A stretch of 64,000 nt of DNA from an uncultured Gammaproteobacteria bacterium (GCA_964414145.1 CAYPVH010000008.1:17369-81368); one strand, 5' to 3'; positions 41,811-52,815 are shown, counted from the stretch's first letter. Notes: generated by a model from the sequence alone, not told the origin. Numbers and translations are program-made.

Positions 41811-42854
41811 CTATTGTTTCCCTGTTCCGCATAAGGCGTCACCGGCGTCACCAACTACCGGACCCCCTTCTTCTGAAAGATAATAGTGAGAATTTAGATA
41901 GGTACTTGTGTTTAGCGCAAGAAGTTGTGTTGTTATACCCATCCCATTTAAAGCTCTAATTAGCATTTCTACTCCTCCCCTGTGGGCAGCAATTGATCTG
42001 ACCTGCACCGATCGCGGAACATAGCCCATTTGACAAGCCGCAACGCACAAGGCTAAAATTGAACTAGCAGTTGCTAACGCTGGATCACAAATTACTAGAT
42101 CTGCACTATTCAGGCATTCAAAACTGTCTAAAGCAGTCCCATTCTCAAGAGAAACAGCAATATCGCCAGGATGTTCGCCAATAAGGTGAATTCGCTTAAG
42201 CTCTGGAACCAAAACAGACCCTAAACCGGCTAATTGTTGATAGCTTTGCCCGAATGTGTATTCTGTTGCCGGCGCGCCAGCCCGAAGAATTACAACCGGC
42301 AAACGACCAGCTTTTGACATGCTGTTTGCCTCTGCTGCCTGTTCTATCAGCCTATAACCTTCTTGAGTAAGCTTTGCATATTGATCACGAAAATTGAGAT
42401 CATCGTACAATGCTGAATTAGCAACAGCCTCTAAAGCTAGGGCAGTTATAGCACTGCTTATAGCTCCTGCGCCTTCTAGACCCTGAGCAGTAAGGTCTAT
42501 AATACCTCTTCGAAATGCTGTTTCTGGGTGCCATACACTTTCGTCACCAAGGTAATCAATATCACAGAGTGGGTTAAACATAGCACCAAAATGAACTAAG
42601 GCAGTAGCACGTCCAGAGCCCCTATATGAATCTTTGGAATCTGGATGTAGAAGTTTTGTAATATCTAGTTGGCCACCCTGGTCCATAAATAACTCTATTT
42701 TATCAGAATTAGTAGGAATACCAGCTAGACTGATAGGCCTTCTTTCTACCCTACCTTTATGTAAATGGCTTCGCCATTCATTTTGCCCAGGTCTTTTTGA
42801 ATCGTAATACGGTTCTGGCGTTATATTTGTGTCTGCAGACATATTTGTGTTCAT
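41811..42854 (-). CDS. divergent uracil-phosphoribosyltransferase-family (type I PRTase) protein with an ~190-aa N-terminal extension
   Basis: ADLVICDPALATASSILAL resembles the PRPP-binding loop (vvllDPMLATGgS). C-terminal GGPVVGDAGDALCGTGK resembles the UPRTase YIVPGLGDAGDRLFGTK. Confidence 0.5.
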   Translation of the reverse strand: MNTNMSADTNITPEPYYDSKRPGQNEWRSHLHKGRVERRPISLAGIPTNSDKIELFMDQGGQLDITKLLHPDSKDSYRGSGRATALVHFGAMFNPLCDIDYLGDESVWHPETAFRRGIIDLTAQGLEGAGAISSAITALALEAVANSALYDDLNFRDQYAKLTQEGYRLIEQAAEANSMSKAGRLPVVILRAGAPATEYTFGQSYQQLAGLGSVLVPELKRIHLIGEHPGDIAVSLENGTALDSFECLNSADLVICDPALATASSILALCVAACQMGYVPRSVQVRSIAAHRGGVEMLIRALNGMGITTQLLALNTSTYLNSHYYLSEEGGPVVGDAGDALCGTGKQ

Positions 42855-42884
42855 TCAACTTATATAGAAGTACTCCATTAAACC

Positions 42885-42912
42885 CACAAAAATAACCCGA
42901 AAAAAGCGGGTT
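42885..42912 (-). terminator. probable terminator of sod
   Basis: Stem aacccg (42894-42899) / cgggtt (42907-42912). The minus strand is then AUUUUUGUG. Confidence 0.45.
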
Positions 42913-43001
42913 AGATATATGCTGGTTAATAGCTGTACATAAACGAAGACACTATCCCATAAGGATAAGTTAATGTCAATAGAATATTCCCATTTATAAA
43001 A

Positions 43002-43586
43002 CTACTCTTGAGGTAATAGCTTTATTAAACGCCACCAATTTCTGATATATTCTGCTCTCTTATTCTGATATCTAAGATAATAAGCGTGTTCCCACACGTC
43101 AAGCGCAATAATTGGTTTGAAGCCATAAATTAGGGGACTATTTTGATTGCCGGTACTGATAACCTTTAACTTATTACTGTCTTCAACCAACCAAGCCCAA
43201 CCACTGCCAAACTGGCCCATTGCCGTCTTGGTAAACTTATCTTTAAATTCACTTAAGCTGCCAAATTGCTTGTTTATTCGCTCTATTAAATCGCTATTCT
43301 TTTTATTATCTGGGTTTAAATTTTGCCAGTAAAGAGTATGATTAATATGACCGCCTCCATGATTAATAAAGGCTTGCCTGTCTGCTTCTTCCATTTCCAA
43401 ACTGTCAACTTGTTGCATTAGCTCTTCGATACTTTCATTTTCAATACTGGGGTACTTTTCAAGTACTTTATTTAAATTGTCTACATACGCCTGATGATGC
43501 TTGGTGTAGTGAATTTCTACTGTTTTCTTATCTATAAAGGGTTCGAGTTCATCAAACTCAAACTGTAATTTTGGTAATTGTTGCAT
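43002..43586 (-). CDS. sodA: Fe/Mn superoxide dismutase
   Basis: IHYTKHHQAYVDNLN, GGHINHTLYW and DVWEHAYYLRYQNKRAEY: all four metal-ligand contexts are present. The Fe versus Mn type cannot be decided, so the symbol is approximate. Confidence 0.95.
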   Translation of the reverse strand: MQQLPKLQFEFDELEPFIDKKTVEIHYTKHHQAYVDNLNKVLEKYPSIENESIEELMQQVDSLEMEEADRQAFINHGGGHINHTLYWQNLNPDNKKNSDLIERINKQFGSLSEFKDKFTKTAMGQFGSGWAWLVEDSNKLKVISTGNQNSPLIYGFKPIIALDVWEHAYYLRYQNKRAEYIRNWWRLIKLLPQE

Positions 43587-43983
43587 AGAAATAATTTCTT
43601 AATTAATAATAGTTTTATAATATTTTGTTTAGATAAAAATAGGCAAAGAAAGAGGTTAAAGTGGTGTAAGAATAATAAATAGAGGTAAATTGGTTTTATC
43701 CTATATTATTTCTTTGTTATGATACTTGTTTGTTCTGTTTTCTTGTTCGTTTTACTGCTTCTTTATTGTTTCTTTATTCTTTTTTCTTATGCTGGTTACT
43801 TCTATTCGATTCAGTTTGTCTGTATTTTTGTAGCCTATTATATTTTTGACAACAAGACTGCATAATACATAGAGCTTGTAACCTAACTTTACTTAGCTTG
43901 CTGTGACTTTCTATTTTTATATCTGTATGTGTTGCGTCTTTGAATATATTATTCATGAGTTCACTTTGGGGCTCTATATTTAT

Positions 43984-44508
43984 CTATTTAAGTTTTTGCA
44001 CTACCAATTGGAATACTTTTGTTGGAGAGGTATTAGTGGTATTGATAACCAAGTCGTAATGCTGTTTTTTGAAAATATCACGGCGTTTGTATATTTTTTC
44101 GATTTGTTTTAGCCAACTGTCTTCTCTTTGCTTAAGTAATCTTTTGGCAATTTGCAATGATACCTTTTCCCGATTCGAAAAGCGTTTTACTCTTTCGCTA
44201 TTGCTTGCAATTAACAAAACTTTAAGTACATCGTTTAACCCACCTGCCATAATTCCCGCCATCCAGCCTTCAACAAGAATATGTTCCTTTTTTTGCAGTA
44301 GTTCTTTAACTTTATTATCGACCTGTTTCGTTAATTGATCGTTTTGTTCTTCCGCCTTTTCCAGAGATAATTTATTTTTCTTAGCGATTTGCCGAAAATA
44401 TGCGCCGGTTGAGAAGAGTGGCCACTTTAGATAGCTGGAAAGCGAACAGTACAATGTACTTTTGCCGGTACAAATTTGGCCAGAAATTGTAATTTTTTGG
44501 TATTTCAT
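43984..44508 (-). CDS. cytidylate-kinase-like P-loop NMP kinase family protein
   Basis: Probable start ATG 44508 (MKYQKITISGQICTGKSTL). Paralogue of the adjacent gene. Confidence 0.55.
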   Translation of the reverse strand: MKYQKITISGQICTGKSTLYCSLSSYLKWPLFSTGAYFRQIAKKNKLSLEKAEEQNDQLTKQVDNKVKELLQKKEHILVEGWMAGIMAGGLNDVLKVLLIASNSERVKRFSNREKVSLQIAKRLLKQREDSWLKQIEKIYKRRDIFKKQHYDLVINTTNTSPTKVFQLVVQKLK

Positions 44509-44588
44509 TCCTGCGATTACCCCCATTTAAATGCGTTCTAAGGCCGTTATTAATTGTTTTAGGTATGCCAGTACTATTTAAGCCACTT

Positions 44589-45176
44589 TTATTTACCCCC
44601 AATGACACCGTTTATTTTCCCGTTAAAACCCAGTTTATCCAGTACTTTACCCAAAGTTTCCATTGAACCTGACGAAAAGGTGTCTATTGCCAAAGTGTAG
44701 TACTTTGGATCCCAAAAGTTATATGGGCCGTAAAGCTTTTGCCACTTCTCAATATTTTGCTGTTCGCGTTGCTTAATCCAAATTTTTGCCTCATCCACCG
44801 TAATTCCATCTCTGTTAACAACACGATCAATTCGGACTGCGTCTTCTGAGCAATAGAGTAGAACCCGTAAAGTACTTTTGAGTTTTCGGGCAACAAAACC
44901 GGAAAGCCAACCTTCATAAACTAAGTTTTTTTCTGTTTCCAGTTTTTTTTGAGCCATGGCTTCCATTTTTCGTTCACGCTCGTCCGGACGCATAACAGCG
45001 CCTTGCATATTTTCGTGAATACCGTGTTTACGGTCAAACTCCCGCTGTAGCGCCCCTGTATTAACATATTGCCAATTTAATACCTCTACTAAATTTTTGG
45101 CTAAAGTAGAAGTACCAGAGGCAATTTTCCCTGAAACGGTAATGTTTTGAAAGTTGAGTGTAGTATTATTTGCCAT
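44589..45176 (-). CDS. cytidylate-kinase-like P-loop NMP kinase family protein
   Basis: ITVSGKIASGTSTLAKNL P-loop. Similar layout to 43984..44508 (EGWLSGF vs EGWMAGI, RVLLYCS vs KVLLIAS). Confidence 0.55.
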   Translation of the reverse strand: MANNTTLNFQNITVSGKIASGTSTLAKNLVEVLNWQYVNTGALQREFDRKHGIHENMQGAVMRPDERERKMEAMAQKKLETEKNLVYEGWLSGFVARKLKSTLRVLLYCSEDAVRIDRVVNRDGITVDEAKIWIKQREQQNIEKWQKLYGPYNFWDPKYYTLAIDTFSSGSMETLGKVLDKLGFNGKINGVIGGK

Positions 45177-45235
45177 AAACTATTTTAGCAATCCATTTAA
45201 TTTATGGCAAACATTTTATATCAAGACTATTTTTA

Positions 45236-45859
45236 CTATTGCCCCATAAAATCCTTACAGGCCTGCGAATCGCCACTATGACCTGTGCACCAATTTGGCG
45301 ATGCTGTTCCACATTTATCACAATTAGGTCCTGGGCACTTCCAACAAGACTCTTCTGGTTCTTCACTTCCCCCTGTACCTGGATTTGGGTTCGATCCACC
45401 CGGACACACCATGTTTCCAAATAGCATAAAACAACCACTACCAAAACCACTACCAACTCCAGTCGTACCACCCCTTGTTCCTCTGCCAACCGACCCAGAT
45501 ATTCCACCCGTTTTTATTTGCTTACAAATATAATCTGTTGTTTTACATCTAAATCGGCCGTTATTCGGGCTACAATCTGTGTCTTGAGCCCTTTGGCCGC
45601 AAACACAGCTACTACCTAATCTTGGCCCACTACCTTGGCTTTCGTTACTATCTGCCCAATACCTGTTTTCGTTACCAATCATCCAACGGCACCCATCAAA
45701 ACTAGCCCTGGAATTGGAATTTAATTTTTTGTTTAAATAAAGCACTGTAACTAAGGTAAGAATTGTTAAAACCAGGACAATAATTTTAAAAGGAGACGCA
45801 GAAATATTTTTCTTTGAGGTTAATTTTGTTCTGCTTTTCTTAACTGTTTTTTTTGCCAT
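45236..45859 (-). CDS. N-terminally anchored Cys- and Gly-rich hypothetical protein
   Basis: TM FKIIVLVLTILTLVTVLYL, then about 20 Cys and Gly-rich runs (GGISGSVGRGTRGGTTGVGSGFGSGC; CWKCPGPNCDKCG). Locally higher GC than the neighbours. Confidence 0.55.
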   Translation of the reverse strand: MAKKTVKKSRTKLTSKKNISASPFKIIVLVLTILTLVTVLYLNKKLNSNSRASFDGCRWMIGNENRYWADSNESQGSGPRLGSSCVCGQRAQDTDCSPNNGRFRCKTTDYICKQIKTGGISGSVGRGTRGGTTGVGSGFGSGCFMLFGNMVCPGGSNPNPGTGGSEEPEESCWKCPGPNCDKCGTASPNWCTGHSGDSQACKDFMGQ

Positions 45860-45944
45860 TGGAAAATATTATATAAATTAATAATAACTACTTCTTTTAT
45901 TATTGGGAAAAATACAAAATTTGTCAAGTAGTTTAAACAAAGGC

Positions 45945-45973
45945 CCAAAAAATAACCCCGCCTTGGCGGGGTT
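45945..45973 (-). terminator. rho-independent terminator of groEL
   Basis: aaccccgcc (45954-45962) / ggcggggtt (45965-45973). The minus strand is then AUUUUUUGGG. Confidence 0.75.
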
Positions 45974-45998
45974 ATTTAGTTTTGTTCTTTAATTTTAT

Positions 45999-47672
<1,674 letters not shown>

Positions 47673-47705
47673 TTATATTTGAACTTTTAATTTTAAATAT
47701 TAATT

Positions 47706-48002
47706 TTACCCTACTATTGCCATTACGTCTTTTTGCTCAACAAGGAGCCATTCTTCGTTATTTACTTTAATTTCATTACCAGCCCATTTTTTGTAGAGCA
47801 CCTTATCGCCTTTTTTAACAATCATTTTCGTTTTTTTACCACTTTCTGCTTCTTCACCCGAGCCAACCGCCATAATTTGACCAACCTGTGGCTTTTCCTT
47901 GGCTGTGTCTGGTAAGACAATCCCCGAAGGAGTTTTTTTATCTTCTTCTAAGGGTTTAACTAGTACGTAGTTGAATAAGGGTTTGATACTGGAACCTTTC
48001 AT
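47706..48002 (-). CDS. groES: co-chaperonin GroES (Cpn10)
   Basis: IKPLFNYVLVKPLEEDKKTPSGIVLPDTAKEKPQVGQIMAVGSG... Lies directly upstream of groEL. Confidence 0.95.
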   Translation of the reverse strand: MKGSSIKPLFNYVLVKPLEEDKKTPSGIVLPDTAKEKPQVGQIMAVGSGEEAESGKKTKMIVKKGDKVLYKKWAGNEIKVNNEEWLLVEQKDVMAIVG

Positions 48003-48106
48003 GTTTGTTTTGATTAAAAACTTTTAATTAATTATTGCTAACCTTTAAACTGGTGAGAGATAAAATATCAAATTATAGATATTTTGTCAAGCGAGCTATT
48101 TGTCTG

Positions 48107-48553
48107 CTAATTGTACTTTAGCTTGTCTGCAAGATTTTTTTCCCTGGGAATGTAGTTAAATATAACTTTTTTTTGCATTTCTGTTAGTTGTGAATTAATT
48201 TTGAATACATATTCTCTAATATTTGCGTTCTTTACTTTAAACTTGCCGTTGAGTTGCTGAACTACTAAATTTGAATCAATAAAAAACTGAATTTGTGAGC
48301 AGTCTTTATGTAAATCAGGATTGGTAAGTAAGTCGTTAAGTGCATAGATAACGGCTTTGTATTCTGCTTCGTTATTAGTACAATAATCAAGCTTAACCCG
48401 CTGTTCACGAATGCTTTCGCTGTGAGTATTAATGCTGGCTAGTTGGTATTTTTTTGTAGGTTTGAGGATTACCCACATTGCAAACCCGGGGCCAGGATTA
48501 CCGGAACTGGCACCATCGGTATGGATTGGCAAAATTAGCTCAGGCTTTGTCAT
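48107..48553 (-). CDS. rnhA: ribonuclease HI family protein
   Basis: IHTDGASSGNPGPGFAMWVI (DGA/S..NPG), TNNEAEYKAVIYAL and FIDSNLVVQQLNG: the D-E-D catalytic contexts. Confidence 0.85.
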   Translation of the reverse strand: MTKPELILPIHTDGASSGNPGPGFAMWVILKPTKKYQLASINTHSESIREQRVKLDYCTNNEAEYKAVIYALNDLLTNPDLHKDCSQIQFFIDSNLVVQQLNGKFKVKNANIREYVFKINSQLTEMQKKVIFNYIPREKNLADKLKYN

Positions 48554-49766
48554 TATTCATTCTTATTATAACAACCAACATTAGCAATATTAAAACTTCT
48601 CCAAAAACAGTAATCCAGCTTGAAGCCAAGTAACCAAAATAAGGTATAAAAGCAAAGTTGGCAACCGCATTAATAATAAAACTGAGCCCATAAACCCAAA
48701 CTAAAGTTTTTTCTTTTTTTTGTACAAAAAGCAACCAGCTTAAAGCGCTGGTTAAGAAAAAAATAGGAAAAGATAAAACCAATATTTGAAGTGGTACTTG
48801 AGAAGGTATGTAATCTGTTTTAATTAACCCTAAGTACGGAGCAATAATTAAGCCACCGACAGTAAAAAACAATGAGGCAATGACTAAATACAATGTTGAC
48901 TTTCTAAAAACCCTGTGAAATCTGGATTTATCTTCCTCATAAATTTTTACGTAGTGGGGGAAAATAGAATTGGCAAAAAAAGCAGCAAAAGCCAGGGGGA
49001 ATTCGAAAAACTTATAAGCAAGCTGATATATTCCTACCGCTGTATCACCCTTTATAGCAGACAAGATAAAAACATCTACTCTGGAATACATAGTGTTTAA
49101 AAACAGCATTGTACCAAGCGGGAATGATTCTTTTAAAAAGTTAGCGAGAAAACTAAAATTTATTTTCTTTTTTGTAAGACTGAAACACTCTAATTTTTTA
49201 CTAAACAAAAAAGCAAAAATAACAGTAAAAGCATAACCAACAACAATTGCAGCAATTGCATAGATTAAGCCATACTTTAGAAAAGCAATAAGGAATAGAA
49301 GACCAATTGAGCCGCCCAAAACAGAAGCGATAACTGAAAGGTCGTAGCGTAACTTAAGCTGAAAAACAATATTAAAAGTAGTGTAGTAGCCAAAAAGAAG
49401 GATTGTGGGGCTAAATAAAATTACCCATATCTTTTCTTGCTGATTAAATAATGCGTTTCCTGTTAGAGCAAACAATAAAGTAATTAATAAAAGTGAAACT
49501 AGGAAAAAAGCTGTTCTAATTGAAAATACAGACCAAATTTTGCTTAGATCATTTTTATACCGGCGAACATAAACCGCATTTAATCCAAAGTCTATAAATA
49601 AATAGAAAAAAGCAGCAAGAGTATAGATTTTAGCGTATACCCCATACTGCTGTGCTCCCAAATATCTAGCAAGTATTACGGTTGTTAAAAAACCAATAAA
49701 TGAGGTAATAAAACGACCAATAAATTGAATAACCGTATTAAAAGCAATTTTTCGCTTTAGAGACAT
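48540..49766 (-). CDS. MOP-superfamily oligosaccharide/polysaccharide flippase (Wzx-like)
   Basis: About 12 TM helices. An N-terminus KIAFNTVIQFIGRFITSFIGFLTTVILARYLG is typical of polysaccharide biosynthesis (Wzx) proteins. Confidence 0.75.
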   Translation of the reverse strand: MSLKRKIAFNTVIQFIGRFITSFIGFLTTVILARYLGAQQYGVYAKIYTLAAFFYLFIDFGLNAVYVRRYKNDLSKIWSVFSIRTAFFLVSLLLITLLFALTGNALFNQQEKIWVILFSPTILLFGYYTTFNIVFQLKLRYDLSVIASVLGGSIGLLFLIAFLKYGLIYAIAAIVVGYAFTVIFAFLFSKKLECFSLTKKKINFSFLANFLKESFPLGTMLFLNTMYSRVDVFILSAIKGDTAVGIYQLAYKFFEFPLAFAAFFANSIFPHYVKIYEEDKSRFHRVFRKSTLYLVIASLFFTVGGLIIAPYLGLIKTDYIPSQVPLQILVLSFPIFFLTSALSWLLFVQKKEKTLVWVYGLSFIINAVANFAFIPYFGYLASSWITVFGEVLILLMLVVIIRMNNDKA

Positions 49767-49845
49767 ATTTTAAAATTTTATCACTTCTTTTATTATTATT
49801 GCTTCTACTTTACATTGTTACTATTTATTTGATATACTATAATAC

Positions 49846-50301
49846 ATGTCTGAATTAAAATCTGTTGCCGCGTTCTTTATTGGCCTGGTTGTTTTTGTTA
49901 TTATTATTGCACTGGCTATAGGTAGATTAAGACCATCAGAAAAAAGTAAGGTTGTTATTCTTTCGCCTACTCCAACCAAAGCTTTGCAAGTTCGTAATAA
50001 TAAAGACAATCCTAGTCTTTTAGACAGAATTAGGGGAATTTTTACTAGAAACACTCCAACTCCAACAAAAAGCCCAACCCCAACTAAAGGACGAAACACT
50101 CCAACTCCAACAAAAATAGAGTCGGAACTTAAAGAAGCAATTCGACCAACATTTGTTATTAGTGAAGAAGAGGTAAACCTTAATTCTCAACCAGTTAATG
50201 ACGTAATAGTAATACCAGAAACAGGAGCGTCTAGCCTTTTACTTCCACTTTCATTATTTTTATCTGGCTTTGGTGTTTGGATAAAAAAGAAAAATAGCTA
50301 A
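49846..50301 (+). CDS. small surface protein with an N-terminal anchor, TPTPTK repeats and a C-terminal IPETG sorting signal
   Basis: IPETG + SSLLLPLSLFLSGFGVWI + KKKNS at the C-terminus. Repeats NTPTPTKSPTPTKGRNTPTPTK. Confidence 0.6.
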   Translation: MSELKSVAAFFIGLVVFVIIIALAIGRLRPSEKSKVVILSPTPTKALQVRNNKDNPSLLDRIRGIFTRNTPTPTKSPTPTKGRNTPTPTKIESELKEAIRPTFVISEEEVNLNSQPVNDVIVIPETGASSLLLPLSLFLSGFGVWIKKKNS

Positions 50302-51053
50302 AATTCAGTATCTGCTAGTCTTTTTGATAGTTGCCACGACTGTTTAAGTCGCCATTTTTTTATTTCTTCATGATTTCCGGTGAGTAAAATTTTAGGAATA
50401 TTTTTACCTCTATAGCTTTCTGGCCTAGTATACTGAGGATATTCAAAAAGCTTAATTTTTTTTTGCAATAGCTTAAGAACTTTCTTATCACCGGTTATCT
50501 TATATAATTCTTCTTTATCTATATCCATAAAACTCTCGATTTCTGTCGCTTCTTTTTTCGATAATACGCCAGGTATAAGCCGAATTAGGCTGTCAATGAA
50601 TACAATTGCTGCCGACTCTCCACTTGAGAGTATGTATTTTCCAATACTAATTTTTTCATCTATAAAATCATCAATTCGCCAATCAATTCCTTCATAATGA
50701 CCACATAGAAGAAGCATATGTTTATTGTTATTCTTTACCGATAAAGAGATTGTTGTTTTAGCCAGTTGCTGAGTCCAAATGCTACCATGAGGTGTTAAAT
50801 ATATTTTGTGGGCTTTACCACTTTCGCTTTCTGCCTTTTCTATAGTTTCAACTATTGGTGCAATTTTTAAAAGCATACCACTTCCTCCACCAAAGGGACG
50901 ATCGTCTACGGTTCTATGTTTGTCTTCGGTTTGATCTCTGGGATTGTAAAACTTAAAAATTACCTTATGCTTTTTCTGAGCTTTACCAATAATACTATGC
51001 TTTAAAAAGCTTTCTATAACTTCCGGAAATAATGTAACAATACTAAATATCAT
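50298..51053 (-). CDS. trmD: tRNA (guanine37-N1)-methyltransferase
   Basis: IVTLFPEVIESF, DDRPFGGGSGMLL, LLCGHYEGIDWRI, ISIGKYILSSGESAA. Confidence 0.9.
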   Translation of the reverse strand: MIFSIVTLFPEVIESFLKHSIIGKAQKKHKVIFKFYNPRDQTEDKHRTVDDRPFGGGSGMLLKIAPIVETIEKAESESGKAHKIYLTPHGSIWTQQLAKTTISLSVKNNNKHMLLLCGHYEGIDWRIDDFIDEKISIGKYILSSGESAAIVFIDSLIRLIPGVLSKKEATEIESFMDIDKEELYKITGDKKVLKLLQKKIKLFEYPQYTRPESYRGKNIPKILLTGNHEEIKKWRLKQSWQLSKRLADTEF

Positions 51054-51054
51054 A

Positions 51055-51522
51055 TTATTTGTACTCCTGACATCTACTTATTGTTTGTTTCATGTCTTTA
51101 TAAACTTGATTGCCTGGGTCTAGTTTAAGTGCTGTATTTATTGCTTTTACTGCCCTTATGCAATATCTATTTTGATTATACTCTAGTGATAGCAAGGCAT
51201 AAGCGTCTGGATATTGTGGATATTTATTAATTAAGTTTTTATATCTTGTAATTACTTCTTGACTGCTGTTACTGTTGTTTTTTACTGTTACATATTCTTG
51301 GTTAACTAAAGAAATATCTATATTGTTTAACAAACCCCGTTGGTGCTGATATTGAACAATGATATTAACACCGATAAATAGCACTAAACCTAACACTAAT
51401 AAGTAAGATAGAATTGAGCGAATATATATGATAAAACTAGTATTCGTTTTTAATGCAAGAAAAATTCGGTATATATGCGGGAATTTTCTAGTATTCTTTT
51501 TTTGTTTATTTTGATCAGGCAT
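51055..51522 (-). CDS. membrane-anchored TPR-like protein
   Basis: TM SILSYLLVLGLVLFIGVNIIV. C-terminal YPDAYALLSLEYNQNRYCIRAVKAINTALKLDPGN is TPR-like. Confidence 0.5.
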   Translation of the reverse strand: MPDQNKQKKNTRKFPHIYRIFLALKTNTSFIIYIRSILSYLLVLGLVLFIGVNIIVQYQHQRGLLNNIDISLVNQEYVTVKNNSNSSQEVITRYKNLINKYPQYPDAYALLSLEYNQNRYCIRAVKAINTALKLDPGNQVYKDMKQTISRCQEYK

Positions 51523-51612
51523 TTTTTAACATTATATAACATCAATTATTGAGAAAAGTAGGTAAGATTGTTTGAATAATAAGATAAATTAATGTACATT
51601 GAATGATAAATT

Positions 51613-52815
51613 ATGAGAACTTATCATATACTTCATAGAATATTTCATCGAAATAATCCCTCAATTAAAACCCTAACCTTACTTTACTTAGCGTTTGTTA
51701 TTAGAGCAGCTATTTTTTCTTTTTTAAATATCTTTTTACCAATTTATTACTTTATGTACTTTAGTAATCTGGGCTATAGTATTACACAAAGCTGGACCTT
51801 CACCATACTGCTATATGTGTTCATTTATTCGTTTCACACATTAGGTGTTTTTTTAGGAAATGAGATATTAAAAAAATACAGTATTAAAAAGGGGCTAATA
51901 TTAAGTTTGTTGCCTTTATTTTTCTTCTCACTAGTGCTTTCATTTCAAAATTCATTAACAGCTAATATTTGTGCTTCAACATTACTAGGATTACACAATG
52001 GACTCTGGTGGAAATTTTACCACTTGGATTTTTCTCTTGAAGGAAACAAAAGAGAATATGGAAAGGCAATTGGTTACCGTGAGGCCTTAGGAGTACTTAG
52101 CGGGGCTATCACGCCACTTTTTGCTGGTTACGTAATTAAAACTTATGGCTATAACGCTCTTTATCTTTCAACTACACTGCTAATTACCACATTATCCTTT
52201 ACTTTAATTATCCTAAACGAAGGCAAAAAGGGACAAGTTATAAGTATAAAAGATATATACAAAACTATAAAAAAACATAATAAAGATTTTATTGCCTATA
52301 TTGGTGTTGGTACAGAATTAGCCGTTGCCGACATGCTTTGGCCTATATTACTAATAATAACCTTAAAAGAACCTCTTGCTGTTGGTGTTCTTACCGCTCT
52401 AATTGCTATTGCTGCTTTTGTGGCAAAAATAGTCTCAGGAAAAATTTCGGATAAGTTTGAGAAAGAAAAAATTGAAAGATTCGGTGCTGTTACAGTAGGA
52501 ATTTCTTGGTTAGGAAAACTGTTAACACAGTCTACTGTTGGTTTTATCTTTTTCGATATTATTCACAAAAGCCTTAGTTCATTTTTTTATATTCCAATGG
52601 TAGCGCTTAGTTACTTTCGTGGTATTATCGAAAACAGAGCAGCCTACTTGGCTGGTAGAGAATTAAGCTATATTACCGGAAAACTTCTTGTTTGTCTTTT
52701 TTCAGTTGCTTGGTTATATACAGGGCTATCTTATTGGTATTTACTGATATTTGGTATTATTGGACCAATCCTAACCTTGTTTTTCAAAGAGAAAACCCAA
52801 ATTATTCGGGATTAA
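51613..52815 (+). CDS. MFS-like polytopic transporter
   Basis: About 12 hydrophobic helices in a 6+6 arrangement with a central charged loop (NEGKKGQVISIKDIYKTIKKHNKD). No substrate inference. Confidence 0.5.
   Translation: MRTYHILHRIFHRNNPSIKTLTLLYLAFVIRAAIFSFLNIFLPIYYFMYFSNLGYSITQSWTFTILLYVFIYSFHTLGVFLGNEILKKYSIKKGLILSLLPLFFFSLVLSFQNSLTANICASTLLGLHNGLWWKFYHLDFSLEGNKREYGKAIGYREALGVLSGAITPLFAGYVIKTYGYNALYLSTTLLITTLSFTLIILNEGKKGQVISIKDIYKTIKKHNKDFIAYIGVGTELAVADMLWPILLIITLKEPLAVGVLTALIAIAAFVAKIVSGKISDKFEKEKIERFGAVTVGISWLGKLLTQSTVGFIFFDIIHKSLSSFFYIPMVALSYFRGIIENRAAYLAGRELSYITGKLLVCLFSVAWLYTGLSYWYLLIFGIIGPILTLFFKEKTQIIRD

Noticed and set aside
43774-43956. 60-aa ORF in the 400-bp AT-rich spacer between sod and the cmk-like gene
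   Set aside because: It has no SD or promoter and a Lys/Gln-rich composition that could arise by chance in AT-rich DNA. It cannot be supported from the sequence alone, though the unusually long spacer might hold a regulatory RNA.
48003-48106. CIRCE (HrcA operator) upstream of groES
   Set aside because: Only a half-site-like TTAGCAA is present. The inverted repeat TTAGCACTC-N9-GAGTGCTAA is not there.
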